Assembly: GCA_951406725.2 (NCBI GenBank)
Contig: OX597818.1
Location: forward strand, 66,588,001 to 66,652,000
DNA length: 64,000 nt
Source: Octopus vulgaris
Lineage: Eukaryota
Direction: 5' to 3'
Every line of letters starts with the position of its first letter. Positions within the stretch are counted from its first letter, which is position 1. Both the position numbers and the translations under genes were made by a program. The notes beneath the pieces were generated by a model. That model ran no database searches. It saw only the letters and a list, made by a program, of their open reading frames with translations, and was not told the origin of the DNA. Shown in pieces: positions 14,201 to 26,725 of this stretch.

Positions 14201-15429
14201 CACATAACATTATTTATTGAACGTTAAATCACAACATAAGCAAATGTCTACACTAACAATACAACGGCCTAAAGTTGACGGTCCTTGTTTGGTTATGAAA
14301 GTGACAATATCTTTAAATAATGTAAATTCACGTGCAGAAGCAAATTTTATTGCGTCTGGGTAGAGACATTCTCTTTTAGTGTCTTAACGACTATTGAAAT
14401 GTTTGCAAGAGGCAGCAAAAATTTCAGAAAAAGTTAATAAATAAATGAGTGGAAATCGAACCGGTGAATGTGTTAAATAATAAGGCACGAAAAGAGAATA
14501 ATTCTCCGTGGACACAATAAAATCTTTATTTTTTCCAACCCAAAACAATGAAATTATATTTTCCAGACGGTAATCAAATATATCTGGAAAATTTAAACCC
14601 GAGAGAGAAATATGCTGACCAACAAAACTTTACACCTTTGTGAACATTGAAGAACAAGATTAACAATTCTATGTACTAACAATAAAGTGACCTAAAATAG
14701 CAAGCCTAATAACAGACTTCAATGTTTGGCTGATGACTTACATCTCCTCAAACAAAGATTAAAACTACCAACAAGATAACTCCAACAACAAGTAAAGAAA
14801 TCTGCTGACTAATCTTTACACCATATTACACTTGTTTAGGTGTGTAAACACAACTATACAAAGATCAAATTTCAAAAGTTTAAATTCTAGACTCAGCTCA
14901 TATTCCCAACATAAATGGCGAAATTGCCCCATAATGTTCAAGGAAACGTGTTCAGACATTTGCTGACAAACTAAATTATTCTCTTAAAAAAATTGTTTTT
15001 GTGAACCCATAACACACAACCCGATCACCTGAATCTGACCTGTAAGCAAACTCCTGACCGTAATTACAAAGTTCTATATGAATCACTTAATTTTGAACCA
15101 TAATATAACCTGAAATTTGAGTAATAAAATTCTTCTATAATACCTCTCCATCGAAACCTGTCCTGCACGCTAATTCTTATTAAACTGTGGTCTATGTAAC
15201 CCAGAAAACTGTTGCTTCATAAAGACTATATAAAATTAGGATAAAATCAAATGTAGTACAGACCGGTGACGGCTTAGCAGGCCGTTAATTCCAAGTCACT
15301 ATAAAAAAAAAATCTTGTTAAAAATCATGTTTATCATTAAAATTTAACAAAATGAAACATTAACATGTGTGTAATTATATACATGTGTTTGTTTGTTTGG
15401 GTGTCTATATGTGTTGATATTTGCAGATT

Positions 15430-15715
15430 GATCGATACATGCCTTCTTCATTGAAGAGTAGTTCAGGACCCGACGTCGCAGCTGGACAGCATTCACTTAC
15501 TTCTCCAGGTGACGAGTAACAGGACAGATGATTTTCCTGGTTAATTTTCGCTAATGATAACTTCTCGTACTTCCTGAGGGCGATGCCGATTATGTCAATG
15601 TGCTTACATTTAGAACCACTACGGTGATGTTGTCAACATATGCCAACACTGACCTCCCGTGTCCTAGTTCACACGGGTTGCCCCTCCACTTTTCCTGCTT
15701 GTGTAGTTGGGGATC
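15430..15715 (-). mobile_element. L1/Tx1-type RT fragment
   Basis: SVLAYVDNITVVV (degenerate AYADD) and LRKYEKLSLAKINQE (Y...SGAKIN motif). Confidence 0.6.
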
Positions 15716-15719
15716 AAGT

Positions 15720-16620
15720 GGCACTTGGTGTAACAGGGAAGAGAAGTAGCAACCCTGGAAACTGAACGGAAGTACGTGAAGAGATGGTAGCAGAGCTGCG
15801 GTGCCTCGGTGGGGTGCCTGGTCAACAACATATGGAGGATACTCTCGATTTAGAAAAAAAAAATGTCGCATCGTTTTGCAATTGGATTCGAAATCTGATC
15901 GATGCTGGAAAGTCGTCGAATGCGAAGAAATTGAGAGAAAGGTATGACGGATTTAATGTGTTTGGAGTGAGAGGAAGAGCAGTGGGGGTAGGCTTATAGT
16001 AGAGGTGGGGATGTGGGTATTTGTATTTTGAGTAAGATGTCAAGAAAGAAACAGAATTATCTGATATGGTGAGGGTGAAATACCAAGGCTGGGTTAAAGG
16101 TGATAACAAAAGAAATAAAATCATTGAGCTGTTGTCTGATAAGGCTTGTGGCGCCACTTCAGTCGTCAATGTAACGACCATATAGCTGTGGAATGGGTGC
16201 AGGAAAGGGAACAAAGATTTTCTCCTCTATACAACCTACAAAGAATTTAGCGTGATTGAGGCCTGTCCTGAAATGCTATACAGAATTCACCAATGATGGT
16301 GAATTCTGAGTGTTAAGACGGCCTCAGCTAGGTGGAGGTGTGTACTAGTGTTGGGTTTAGGTACAGAATGATGGTCTAAAAAGTGTTTGAGTGCTAGCAG
16401 ACTGTGATGGATGAGTATGTATAAAGAGTTAATGTCCATGGTAAAAAGGAGTTGCGATTCACCGGGAGGAAAAGAGAATGTGTTGAAGAGGTGTAGTGCA
16501 TGGGTGAAGAGTGTGTGGTTAGTGTGTTTTATATTTGAAGGTAGAGCAGTGACGAGAGGGGATAAAAGTATACATGTATATAAGAAAAAATGGAATTTAA
16601 AAATCCTGGTAGACATCAAG
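15720..16620 (-). mobile_element. Penelope-like element RT fragment (Neptune-like)
   Basis: LLFTMDINSLY..I.H...LALKHFL...LAEAVLTL; FTLTISDNSVSFL; LYYKPT; SQFLRIRRLSS; FFLNREYPPYVVDQA. These are PLE RT motifs across frameshifts. Confidence 0.8.
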
Positions 16621-17919
16621 TAAGCACTCTATATAAAAGAATAAGGTATAATTTCCAAAAATTAGATATCAGTAAATGTATGTAAAAACTCAAATCCCAG
16701 GTCATGTATGACAGGTCAATTCAGCAATTCTCGTGTATGGCAGGTACATTCAACAATCCCAGAATTTTAAGAAATTCATAGTATTAACAACAATTAATAA
16801 CTTGTACATAGAAAATCATATCTTTACTTGATATGACACCTTAACCTTTTTTAATTAAGTATTACGTAGAATTATTATCAGTAGGTTTCATTCTGAAGTT
16901 ATCTATCAAGCATAACGTAAAATTTTTGTTTTCAGTTTTTGATCTTTAGAATATTCCGTAACGTCATGAATTTTAGTAGATAAATATACTCACTTTCTAT
17001 GATAGATTTTATTTTTGCTATTTTTATTTTTATGTAGCCTTGAAATTCACAAAATATGGAATTAATATAATATTTCCTTTATATTTCGTGTTTATAAACT
17101 AAATTATTTAATCAATGACGTCACTCGCGGTTGAATGAATGAATGTCTAAAATTAAATTTCGTCTGGCATTTCGTTTTCTTAGCATTTTTAAGACATAAA
17201 CTTTTTTCAGATGTCCAGGTAAAATGTCAACAATATGGATTAGCTTGACAATATAGTGTTAACATAAATTTTCGTACATACTATTATTATTATTAATTTT
17301 ATATATGTTTGTATATATATTAATTATATATATATTCATATACGCTGATATTTATATATTACGCCATGCTAGTCACTGGTAGAAAAAACTCTGTAATTTT
17401 CCTACCTCTATATTTTCTTCATATTATTTTAGTAAAATTGAAGTAAGTCGACATTTTTATTTCCTGCGAAATAAAACTGGGCTAGCGCGGTGGATTTGAA
17501 AAAATTATAATATATATAGATGAGACGTGCTATTTTGTCTCATAATTATATGTTAATTTTTGGCGCTGCTACTGATGAGATCTTCGCCTAACACATTTTT
17601 TATTTGATAATTAAATTTCGAAATTTAGGACCGGGAGGTAAATATTGTAAATGTTTTTATTTTTCATTCCCTTCGAAATTGCTTTTAACTGTGTTTTGGA
17701 CTTTCACTGTTCCTTATATAAGGTGTCCTGTTAGGGTCACCGCTTTTGTGTTTAAATGCACACTAATGTTATATATATGTATGTATGTATAAGATAATGC
17801 AACTAAAACAATTGTTGGATTTTTAGGGGGTAATCTAAATTAAAAATATGAGTTTCTTCGAATATATTATTAATTGTTATATACATATAATGTAACTGGA
17901 TAAAGAATTCAACAAACTC

Positions 17920-18610
17920 TATCTGGTGAGACATAAATATTATTTATTAATGGGCGCAATATATGTAATCGATTGCTACTAATAGTTTCAGATGTTGAGA
18001 AATACTCAAACATATTCTTCAGGTGCAGTCCACACATCGTAAACAACTCACAAAAAATTGAATAATATAAGAAAAACGAAAAAACCTAGAAGCTAACATA
18101 TGGTAAACGCAGAAAGTAAATAACGGTAAACGAAGAAAGAAAAAGCAAAAATGTAAAAATAAAAAAAAATAAAAGTAAAATGTTAGAAGTATACTTCTTA
18201 GATGTTGAATTAGAAGGCTTGAAATATATCGTTACTCAGAAATAGGCGGAATTTTCCAATTCTTCACAATATATTTATACATAAGTTTGCAACCACTGGA
18301 AATTTCTGATCTAGAGTTCAATAGGGATTTAGGGATTTTAGATCCGAACAGGATCTGCGCTCTTTCAGCCAAAGTCTACATTTATTCGATCCATTCATAT
18401 AAGGTATAGATTTCTCAATTACCTTCCATTTAATCACATGTGGTGTTACCTTATCTTTCAGAGTCCATATGTAGCTAGCCAGCTTAGTAACTTTAATTTT
18501 GTCCCTATGCCGGAAGGAGGTTACGTGATTGGCATAACGATTTTTAAATTTACTCTCACATATTCCAATAAAGTTCTTCTTATTAGCTGTATTATTATTT
18601 AAGGTTTCGA
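17920..18610 (-). mobile_element. Penelope-like element 3' end: GIY-YIG endonuclease C-terminus plus pLTR
   Basis: NFIGICESKFKNRYANHVTSF...TKLASYIWTLK...IKWKVI...PY...KCRL.LKE, then NSRSEI..C, typical of PLE GIY-YIG. A hammerhead motif follows. Confidence 0.8.
17971..18030 (-). ncRNA. Type I hammerhead ribozyme-like motif in PLE pLTR
   Basis: Reverse complement: GACTGCAC-CTGAAGA-ATATGTTTGAG-TATTT-CTCAACATCT-GAAACTATTA-GTAGCAATC. Both core boxes intact, ~9-bp helix II, bulged helix I. Confidence 0.65.
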
Positions 18611-18856
18611 CAGACACACACACACACACACGCTCACACACACACACACACACACACGCTCACACACACACACGCTCACACACACACACACGCTCACACA
18701 CACACACATGTATCGCCACATCAGTACGGCTGTGCGACGTCGCTATCGTCTAATGCCTGGCAGAGTATCAGTCAGCTGGTTATCGGTGAAGTCTGCATCC
18801 AGTGTATATTGAAAGCAGAGAAAGCTCTACCTGGGTGAAACGGTATTAGTCTCGAA

Positions 18857-19087
18857 GGCGGCGAGCTGGCAGAATCGTTAGCACGTCGGACGAAATGCTT
18901 AGCGGTATTTCGCCTGCCATTACGTTCTGAGTTCAAATTCCGCCGAGGTCGACTTTGCCTTTCATCCTTTCGAGGTCGATAAATTAAGTACCAGTTACGC
19001 ACTGGGGTCGATGTAATCGACTTAATACCTATGTCTGTCCTTGTTTCTCCCCTCTATGTTTAGCCCCTTGTGGGTAATAAAGAAATA
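18857..19087 (+). mobile_element. Full-length tRNA-derived SINE (family A) with 15-bp TSD
   Basis: A-box-like TGGCAGAATCGTTAG, B box GAGTTCAAATTC, A-rich tail. Perfect TSD GGTATTAGTCTCGAA at 18842-18856 and 19088-19102. Confidence 0.92.
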
Positions 19088-19471
19088 GGTATTAGTCTCG
19101 AACAGCCATATTGTTGAGGCGATAAACATTACCTCTCAATATACTTACTATTTCCATCGCTTACTGAGATGTTCTAACTAGCTACTTTGCTTGTGTATAT
19201 GTGTGTGTGTATAAATATATATATATTTTGATATGCTGGCCATTGATAAAATTTTTTTCCCGAAAAAAATTTTATCCTACATTAGTTATAAATTGAATAG
19301 TGTTCACTTCCGGATTCTCTCACTCTGTGAAAGTTTCTAGTTCGAATCACACGTGTCTCGAGATGTGCCGAAGTCTTTTCTATTTTGGATATATTTGGTG
19401 TACATAGGTCTGCTCGGGACTTGGTGCTTGGTTTTTCTATGGGTATGAGTAAGTATTTCAGTTATATCTCA

Positions 19472-19533
19472 CGTATTTATCGCTGAAGAGGGGGAAAATT
19501 CTTACGAATTAACACCGAAATTGGACCAATACG
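19472..19533 (+). ncRNA. Degenerate hammerhead-like motif
   Basis: CGTATT..G-CTGAAGA-G-GGGG-AA-AATTC-TTAC-GAATT-AA-CACC-GAAA-TTGGAC-C-AATACG. Helices I and II pair; helix III and the cleavage site are mutated. Confidence 0.5.
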
Positions 19534-19665
19534 GTAATAACGGTTTTTTTAGAAATTTCCATCGGTTTGTTTCGAGAGGCATAAATTATAATGGTTGTTG
19601 ACAATTTTTGTCTTTTTTTCGGCATATTTGGCATTTGAATTTTTCTTTTGCCCTTATCTTGTAAA

Positions 19666-19666
19666 G

Positions 19667-19763
<97 letters not shown>

Positions 19764-19857
19764 CACATATATATATATATGTATGTATATATATGTATTT
19801 ATATTATATATACCTGTATATACATATATATATATATATATATATGTATGTACACAC

Positions 19858-19889
<32 letters not shown>

Positions 19890-19930
19890 ATTATATATAC
19901 CCGTATATATATATATATGTATATATATAA
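19666..19930. repeat. Compound (TA)n/(CA)n microsatellite
   Basis: Directly visible. Confidence 0.95.
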
Positions 19931-20575
19931 AACACAAACCCCCCCACACACACACTTTGAGTGTGTTTCATCCTCACCAGTTAGCGTCGCCCTGTTACTC
20001 ATGTTTGTTATTTGGGTGTCGAAATAGGCCAACATATTTTCGTCAGATGTTACCACCCAAGATATTTTTCTCCAGACCACCAAATCCAGATAACATATTT
20101 CTTCTTAATTCATTTAAAATATCTGATTTTTTTTTATTGGATTACATATTTCAATTACATATATCAATATCATTACCTTAACATCATTATAACAAGCGTT
20201 CGTTTACGCGTAAACTGCTGCATGTTAGTATAAGCCACATATAACCATATTTTAGCGATATTCTGTCATAAATAATGCTCAGATTTACTATTCTCATTAA
20301 TAACAGCCATGGGAAGGTCTTGATTTGCGCTTCCTATTCGATATTTAATAACTGGCTTCGGTTACTTTTGCTCCGAACCAAATAGTTTGCGTTACCTGAT
20401 ACTGAAAAACCTTATTAACTCTGCAATATGGCGAATATATTAAATATTCAATTATAACAACAGCCTCTGTTCAGTGCTGTCTGTTATATCGTATATTTAA
20501 TAACACGGATGTCTGTCTGTACAATGCAGTTATTAAATACCTACATCAAGCAGATTGCACACTATTATATGACAA

Positions 20576-20645
<70 letters not shown>

Positions 20646-20757
20646 ATATATATATATATATATCCATGTATGTGTGTATATATGTCTATATATATATCTA
20701 TACCTATCTATATATCTATCTATCTACCAAGACACACATTCACACACACAGACCCCC

Positions 20758-20792
<35 letters not shown>

Positions 20793-21374
20793 TATAAACT
20801 GCCTTACGATTAGTGTGACACGAAGAACTATGAGAAGAGTAGCATTGTGGAGTTGATAACGGCGATAACACAGAAAAGAACACGACAACGATGACGACGA
20901 CGAAAGAGCAGGTGGTGGTGATGAGGATTACGGTGATGGAGCTGTGGATGATGATGACATCGACGACGATGCTGGAAATAATGAGCATCATCCTCAGGAT
21001 TTCGTTCATACAAAGATAACGATGTCATGTTGACAACGATGTCGATACCAGTGGCGATTAAAATAATGACGATGTCGACGGTGATAATAATTTATCTGCT
21101 GATAATTCTTATGAATATTCATATTCAGGTATTTCAAGGAAGTGAAGAAGGATATTAAATATATTAATGATATTTTTTTTTATGGATTTCATATCGATAT
21201 TTACAAAGCGTAGAGTATTTGGTTAGAGGAGTGATAAGTTGTGAGTCATTCTGTCACAGTTTTAAAAACGAGGAGATATTTCATGCCTCGATGTCGCTAA
21301 CGTAGCACACAGCATTCAGTGATAGACACGAAATACAGAATAGAACCGCATTCATATTATATATCGCACATATT

Positions 21375-21502
21375 ATTTTCTACTCTAGGCACAAGGCCTG
21401 AAATTTGGTGGGGAGAGGCCAGTCGATTAGATTAACCCCAGTACAAAACTGATAGTTAATTTATCGACCACGAAAGGATGAAGAGCAAAGTCGACATCGA
21501 CA
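21375..21502 (-). mobile_element. SINE family A-related 3' half
   Basis: Reverse complement matches the GTCGACTTTGC.TTTCATCCTTTCG.GGTCGATAAATTAA domain of the 18857 copy. Confidence 0.75.
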
Positions 21503-22558
21503 GATCCACAGAAACTTTTGGCTACCACCTACTCTCATGCTGTATTTGTGCTGGCCGCCCTCCACGCCAAGCTGCCTATAAGAAGAACATAAGCCATGGC
21601 CTAGATGCTGCAGGCTCCCCTTTCCAGTACGGGGCTGCTTGTCATAACCCCGGAGACAACAAAGGGCCAGGTGGTATAACACATTATTCGTTCCTTTCGT
21701 TCCTGCTCACCGCTATTCAGGGGCGGATATGATTTACCGCGAGTGTGGTCGCCGTGATTTCCAACGCTTCATCGGCGCTATTCGCCGGGGCAGCGCCTTT
21801 TCCATTTTACCTGATGGTGCCATAAGAAATGTTTCTATATTATGAGAAGCAGGATTCCAGTTACGGTGTCAATTCATTATAAGATCTTATGTTCGTAATT
21901 TCTTCAAGTTATCTCCCTCCTCTCTGCGAGTCCCTAAAATATTCTTCAGCTTTCTTTTCTCCAAAAGGGAAATTTCAATTCGCATTTTAGCAGAATTTCA
22001 GATAAGGTGTCTCATCACAAGGGAACTCTTTTATTCAGTATGCTACTCTTTCATTTAAGCGACACGTTATCTTTACTGTTACCACCCACGCATCATTCAG
22101 ACTTCCATGCGTCGGTGTGGATAGACAGCTAAGAAGGTATTGAGGTAGGTACGTACACGCTGGATGTGCAGGTAGATTGGTGAGTATGTGAGCTTGTAAC
22201 AATTGGCGTAGGAAGATATGTGGAGGGTACAGAATAAGATCGCAAAAGTGAAAACGACTACCTCATACAAATATGCACGTAGATATCTACAAATCCGTTT
22301 CGCATCCTTGTACATTCATGAGCGCGCACGGTCGGACCTGAACACAGAGTATCAACACACGCATTAAACACAGGCAAAAGAACACGTGGGAACATCCACA
22401 CACAATGCATACACGTACTGTCGCACAGACATGAAAATGTACAAGCACGCACACACACACAAATACGCACACGCACACATTGTTTCAGGCATATACATTC
22501 GCACGCAGACGCTCATGCACACATATACATATCTAAATACACACAGACACACACTCAT

Positions 22559-22598
<40 letters not shown>

Positions 22599-22610
22599 TT
22601 ATATATATAA

Positions 22611-22772
22611 GACAGTTTTCTTTCAGTTTCTGTCTACCAGATCCACTCACAAGGCTTTGGTTGAACCGAAGCTATAGCACAAGACACTTGCCCAAGTTAC
22701 CACGCAGAGGAATCGAACCTGGAAGCATATGATCAGTAAGGCAGCTTCTTACTATACACCCACGCCTGCACC
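22611..22772 (-). mobile_element. CORE-type SINE (family B), 5' half
   Basis: Reverse complement has a tRNA-like head with GGTTCGATTCC B box, then CTTGGGCAAGTGTCTT (CORE-like) and GGTAGACAGAAACTGAAAGAA. Confidence 0.8.
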
Positions 22773-22790
22773 AATACACCAATGCACACA

Positions 22791-22827
<37 letters not shown>

Positions 22828-24007
22828 TACGTATGCAATATGTGCATAAATATATGTGTTTCATTTGTAGTGTCTGGTTATATACTCATAGTATATAACA
22901 AACCGCCGATTAGCAGAAGAACATGTCGCCTTCAGCTTTACTTTTTTTTGAAACGGAAAGATATTTTGTCACTCCGTTATAAAGTGTTCCACACTCTAAC
23001 TTAAAGATTTTTTGAAACATTTTCAGATTTCCTGTTAAAATACTTTGGCATATGTTGTCACATTTCGTTTCATTATTTCTAGTTCTTCAGACTACCAGAA
23101 GAAATATATCCCTTTTATTGGTCTTTAACAATCATTTATGTTTTGCTTTAAGAAAATAAAACACATTCTTTTCTTCGTCACCATAATGCATTCGGAAAAG
23201 ACTTTTATATTTTCTCTGGAAGCCTAAACGTGCTGGTATCATTCACTTTACTTTAAGACTAACCAGATTTGGAAGGAATGTTGCAGCTGAAATGAAGGTT
23301 TATTAGATAGAGACGAAAATCTTCTACCGAACTACCCCATTGCTTATCGAATTTTCTAATTTCACTTCAATCATTATTTCATTTATAGATATTATTAGGT
23401 TAATATATATTGGATTTATGATAGTGCATTCCAAAGTAAGGGAATTATGTATTTAGAAGATACTAAAAAAAAAAAAAGCGCTTCCATTAATAAACCTACT
23501 TCCTATCATTTTATATTCTATTAAAGACATTCCAAATGACAGCTGCAATAACTATTCTTCATTTAGGAAGTTGTAGATGTTTCTAATCTTAGCTCTTATA
23601 TTGTGCTTATATCTCAATTCATGTTGTTACTCAGCTGGAACAAAACTGCTCTGAGCTCATTTAATATTATTACTATTATTATATGAGTTATTTTCTAGCA
23701 AAATGGCAATGCTTGTGTGATAATAATTTTAAGATAATATTGTATTCAACATTTTTGGCGTTATCAGAGCAGAACCCAAGAATCGGTTAAAACAAGTGTG
23801 TTCACTTAGAAGAACTCGGTCTGCTTTTGTTGCTCAAAGTAGGCCTGCAGTCTGAAGACAGCGACGGTCCAAGCGCAACTCGCTACTTTGATTTAAGCCC
23901 GATTATTCAACTCATGATCATGCGATATCCGATATCTTTCACATATTTCACAACATAATCGTTTAACACATTGCCTCTATCAATCAAGCACTAATGAATA
24001 CACATGC

Positions 24008-24470
24008 AAGCGTAAGCGTGGCGATGTGGTGATCGCTTCCCAGCCTAAACCTGTGTGCTTCCGTGGCCAAGTGATTTTGTCATAAATTAGGGGCATACAT
24101 ACATATATACAGACGCACGCACACAAACACACACACATGTATGTATGAATGTATATGTGTATATAAATATATATATATATATATGCGTGCGTGTGTATGT
24201 GTATAAGTATATGTATATGTAAATATACGTGTATGTATGTATGTAGCATGAATGTATGTGTGTGTTTTTCTATCTTTATTTACCCGCATCAGCTCATGGA
24301 AACAGGTGTTGGTGTATTTACGGCCCGTACGCTTGCTGTTCGCCAAAAAAAATTGATAGTGAAGTACCTGGCTTAAAATAAGTAGTGAATAGAATTCATT
24401 CGGCTAAAACTTCTATTGGGGCGGGGTCTTACCATGACTGCAGTGTAATGAATGAAAAGATAAAGTAGAA
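24008..24470 (+). mobile_element. Degenerate SINE family B copy
   Basis: Head GCGTAAGCGTGGC, internal microsatellite, and a 3' part similar to 26040-26231. Confidence 0.6.
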
Positions 24471-25289
24471 TTAAGAAAACCGCATTTTCATCCCATTAAA
24501 TATTGATAGCCATTTTCGATTTATTCAAATAACATGGAAGATTCTGTGTCTAATTTAAAACGAATTCTGTCTCAACGAAATAATGGAATACATCAAAATT
24601 TTCTATCTCAACAATAAAATCTAATCAATCAAAAAGTTTGATGACTTGAAATATTGTTCACTTCTAATGTTGCACATAAACAATCGAATCTACGTATTGC
24701 TACTGAAGTCTGTTTCAATATCAGCTAATTCGGAACTAATAGAAACTGCAGCTCAATCTACACTCAATCATACAGAACCGGTTTAAGAATAGAACACTAT
24801 ATTCTTGAAGACATGTATCGAAGAGGATCAGCCGAGGAATTAGCAGATTACTCGCTGCTTAAATAGATGAGTATATAATTAATAGTAGGGCAGTAATTAA
24901 TTGAAATACAGATGACATGTCTGCAGTTAAATTGACCTTCTTTTTGTTGTGTTCCGATAACTAAATCAACATAGTACATACCTTAATTAGCCAATGTCAA
25001 ATCCCAAATCGTAAGGTGTCATTCGACATATGGAATTAATAAAGAATTAACAGATCGTTTCTATTTAATCAGTTTCAAAACGAAAAATATCCCCGGAAAT
25101 TAGCATGGGGAGATGGTATCATCACATTTGTAAGATGTTCTATGATTTATAAGGCATCTGATTGTCCCCGAAGATATTCCTGTTTGAAATGTTTGTCCCT
25201 TGTTCAACTCTTCTCCATTTCGGGAGAAATGACACCTTCAATATTATTTAAGACAGTTTTCATTTATAAAACAACATTGAAATTGTCGT

Positions 25290-25425
25290 TTATTTGCCTC
25301 AGTCATTAGACTGTGACCCATGCTTGTTTGTAAGCTTAATTTGTAAGTCTCTTTGACCGAACCGTTACATCACGCGTACGTAAAACACCAACACTTATTG
25401 TAAAGCGGTGGTGGAACACACACAG
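25290..25425 (-). mobile_element. SINE family B 3' part
   Basis: Reverse complement contains GTGTTGGTGTTTTACGT...CGGTTCGG and the tail CATG..CACAGTCTAATGACTG. Confidence 0.6.
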
Positions 25426-25439
25426 ATGCATGCATTGTA

Positions 25440-25654
<215 letters not shown>

Positions 25655-25830
25655 TCTTAGCGGTATTTTGTCTGCCGCTATGTTCTGAGTTCAAATTCCG
25701 ATGTCGACTTAGCCTTCCATCCTTTCGGGGTCTATTAAATAAGTACCAGTTTCGCAATGGAGTCGATGTAATCGACATAATCCCTTTGTTTGCCCCCTCT
25801 ATGTTTAGCCTCTTGTGACCAATAATAAAA
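25655..25830 (+). mobile_element. 5'-truncated SINE family A copy
   Basis: Collinear with ~18897-19087 (CTTAGCGGTATTT...GAGTTCAAATTCCG...AAGTACCAGTT...ATGTTTAGCC). Confidence 0.85.
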
Positions 25831-25844
25831 TATATATGTATATA

Positions 25845-26231
25845 GGCGTAGGCGTGGCTGCATTGCGAGTAGCTTGCTCACCAACCAGTTCTGCGTTGCA
25901 CTTTGGTCAAGTGTTTTATACCATAACCATGGACATTGGGAGGGATTTGTTAGACGGAAGCTGAACGAAGACATCGCGTTTATGTAAATATGTGAGTGAA
26001 TTTGTGTGTGTGCTTGTTTGTATATGTTTGTGTGTGTCTGTCCGCCAACGTCGCTTGAAAACTGATGCTGGTGCGATTACATCTCCTTGACTTAGCTGTT
26101 CGTTTAAAGATACCGATAAAATAAGTACCAGGCTTACAAAGAAGACGTTAATGGGTCGATGTAAGCGATTAAAGGCGGTGCTCCAACATGGCCGTAGTCA
26201 AATAACTGAAAGAAGTAAAAGAGTAAAAGAA
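25845..26231 (+). mobile_element. Near full-length SINE family B copy
   Basis: GGCGTAGGCGTGGCTG head, CORE-like TTTGGTCAAGTG, internal (GT)n, LINE-like tail GGCGGTGCTCCAACATGGCC, and AGTAAAAG repeats. Confidence 0.8.
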
Positions 26232-26241
26232 TATATATACA

Positions 26242-26320
<79 letters not shown>

Positions 26321-26336
26321 TATGTATGTATTAGCA

Positions 26337-26500
26337 CGACGGACTTCTTTCTATTTCCCTGTCACAAAGCCGCTGACAAGAGCTTCGTCGGCCCGAAGCA
26401 ATAGTGAAGGACACTTGCCGTAGGTTCCATGTAGTGGGACTGTAAATAGAACAGCGTCACTGAGAAGTAACCTCTTCATTTCGTCGCCACCTCTACGGCT
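26337..26500 (-). mobile_element. SINE family B 5' half
   Basis: Reverse complement has CAGTCCCACTACATGG..GGCAAGTGTCCTTC..CGGGCCGAC, homologous to 22611-22772. Confidence 0.65.
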
Positions 26501-26683
26501 ATTATCATTTCAGGGTACAAAAAATTGAAAATAAACAAGCAGCTATTGGCTGTTACGTTTTTCTTTTTATTGAGTGGTGAATGATAACATTTGAAGTGTG
26601 ACTCGAAGAGATCTCAACTCCCACATAGCTAGAACAAAAGCAGAGAGAGAAAGAGAGAGAAAGAGAGAGAAAGAGAGGGGGCT

Positions 26684-26725
<42 letters not shown>

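Noticed and set aside
17114-17121. CRE palindrome TGACGTCA (also near 35099)
   Set aside because: Isolated 8-mers are expected by chance.
17200-17226. Possible 8-nt microexon TTTCAG|ATGTCCAG|GTAAAA
   Set aside because: Not frame-preserving, weak donor, and no host gene context.
17568-17635. CTGATGAG...GAAA hammerhead candidate
   Set aside because: No convincing helix I or II.
18857-18940. tRNA gene
   Set aside because: The A/B boxes belong to a SINE head with a TSD; no cloverleaf.
19245-19276. 15-bp perfect inverted repeat GATAAAATTTTTTTC/GAAAAAAATTTTATC
   Set aside because: Made of low-complexity A/T runs, so it carries little information.
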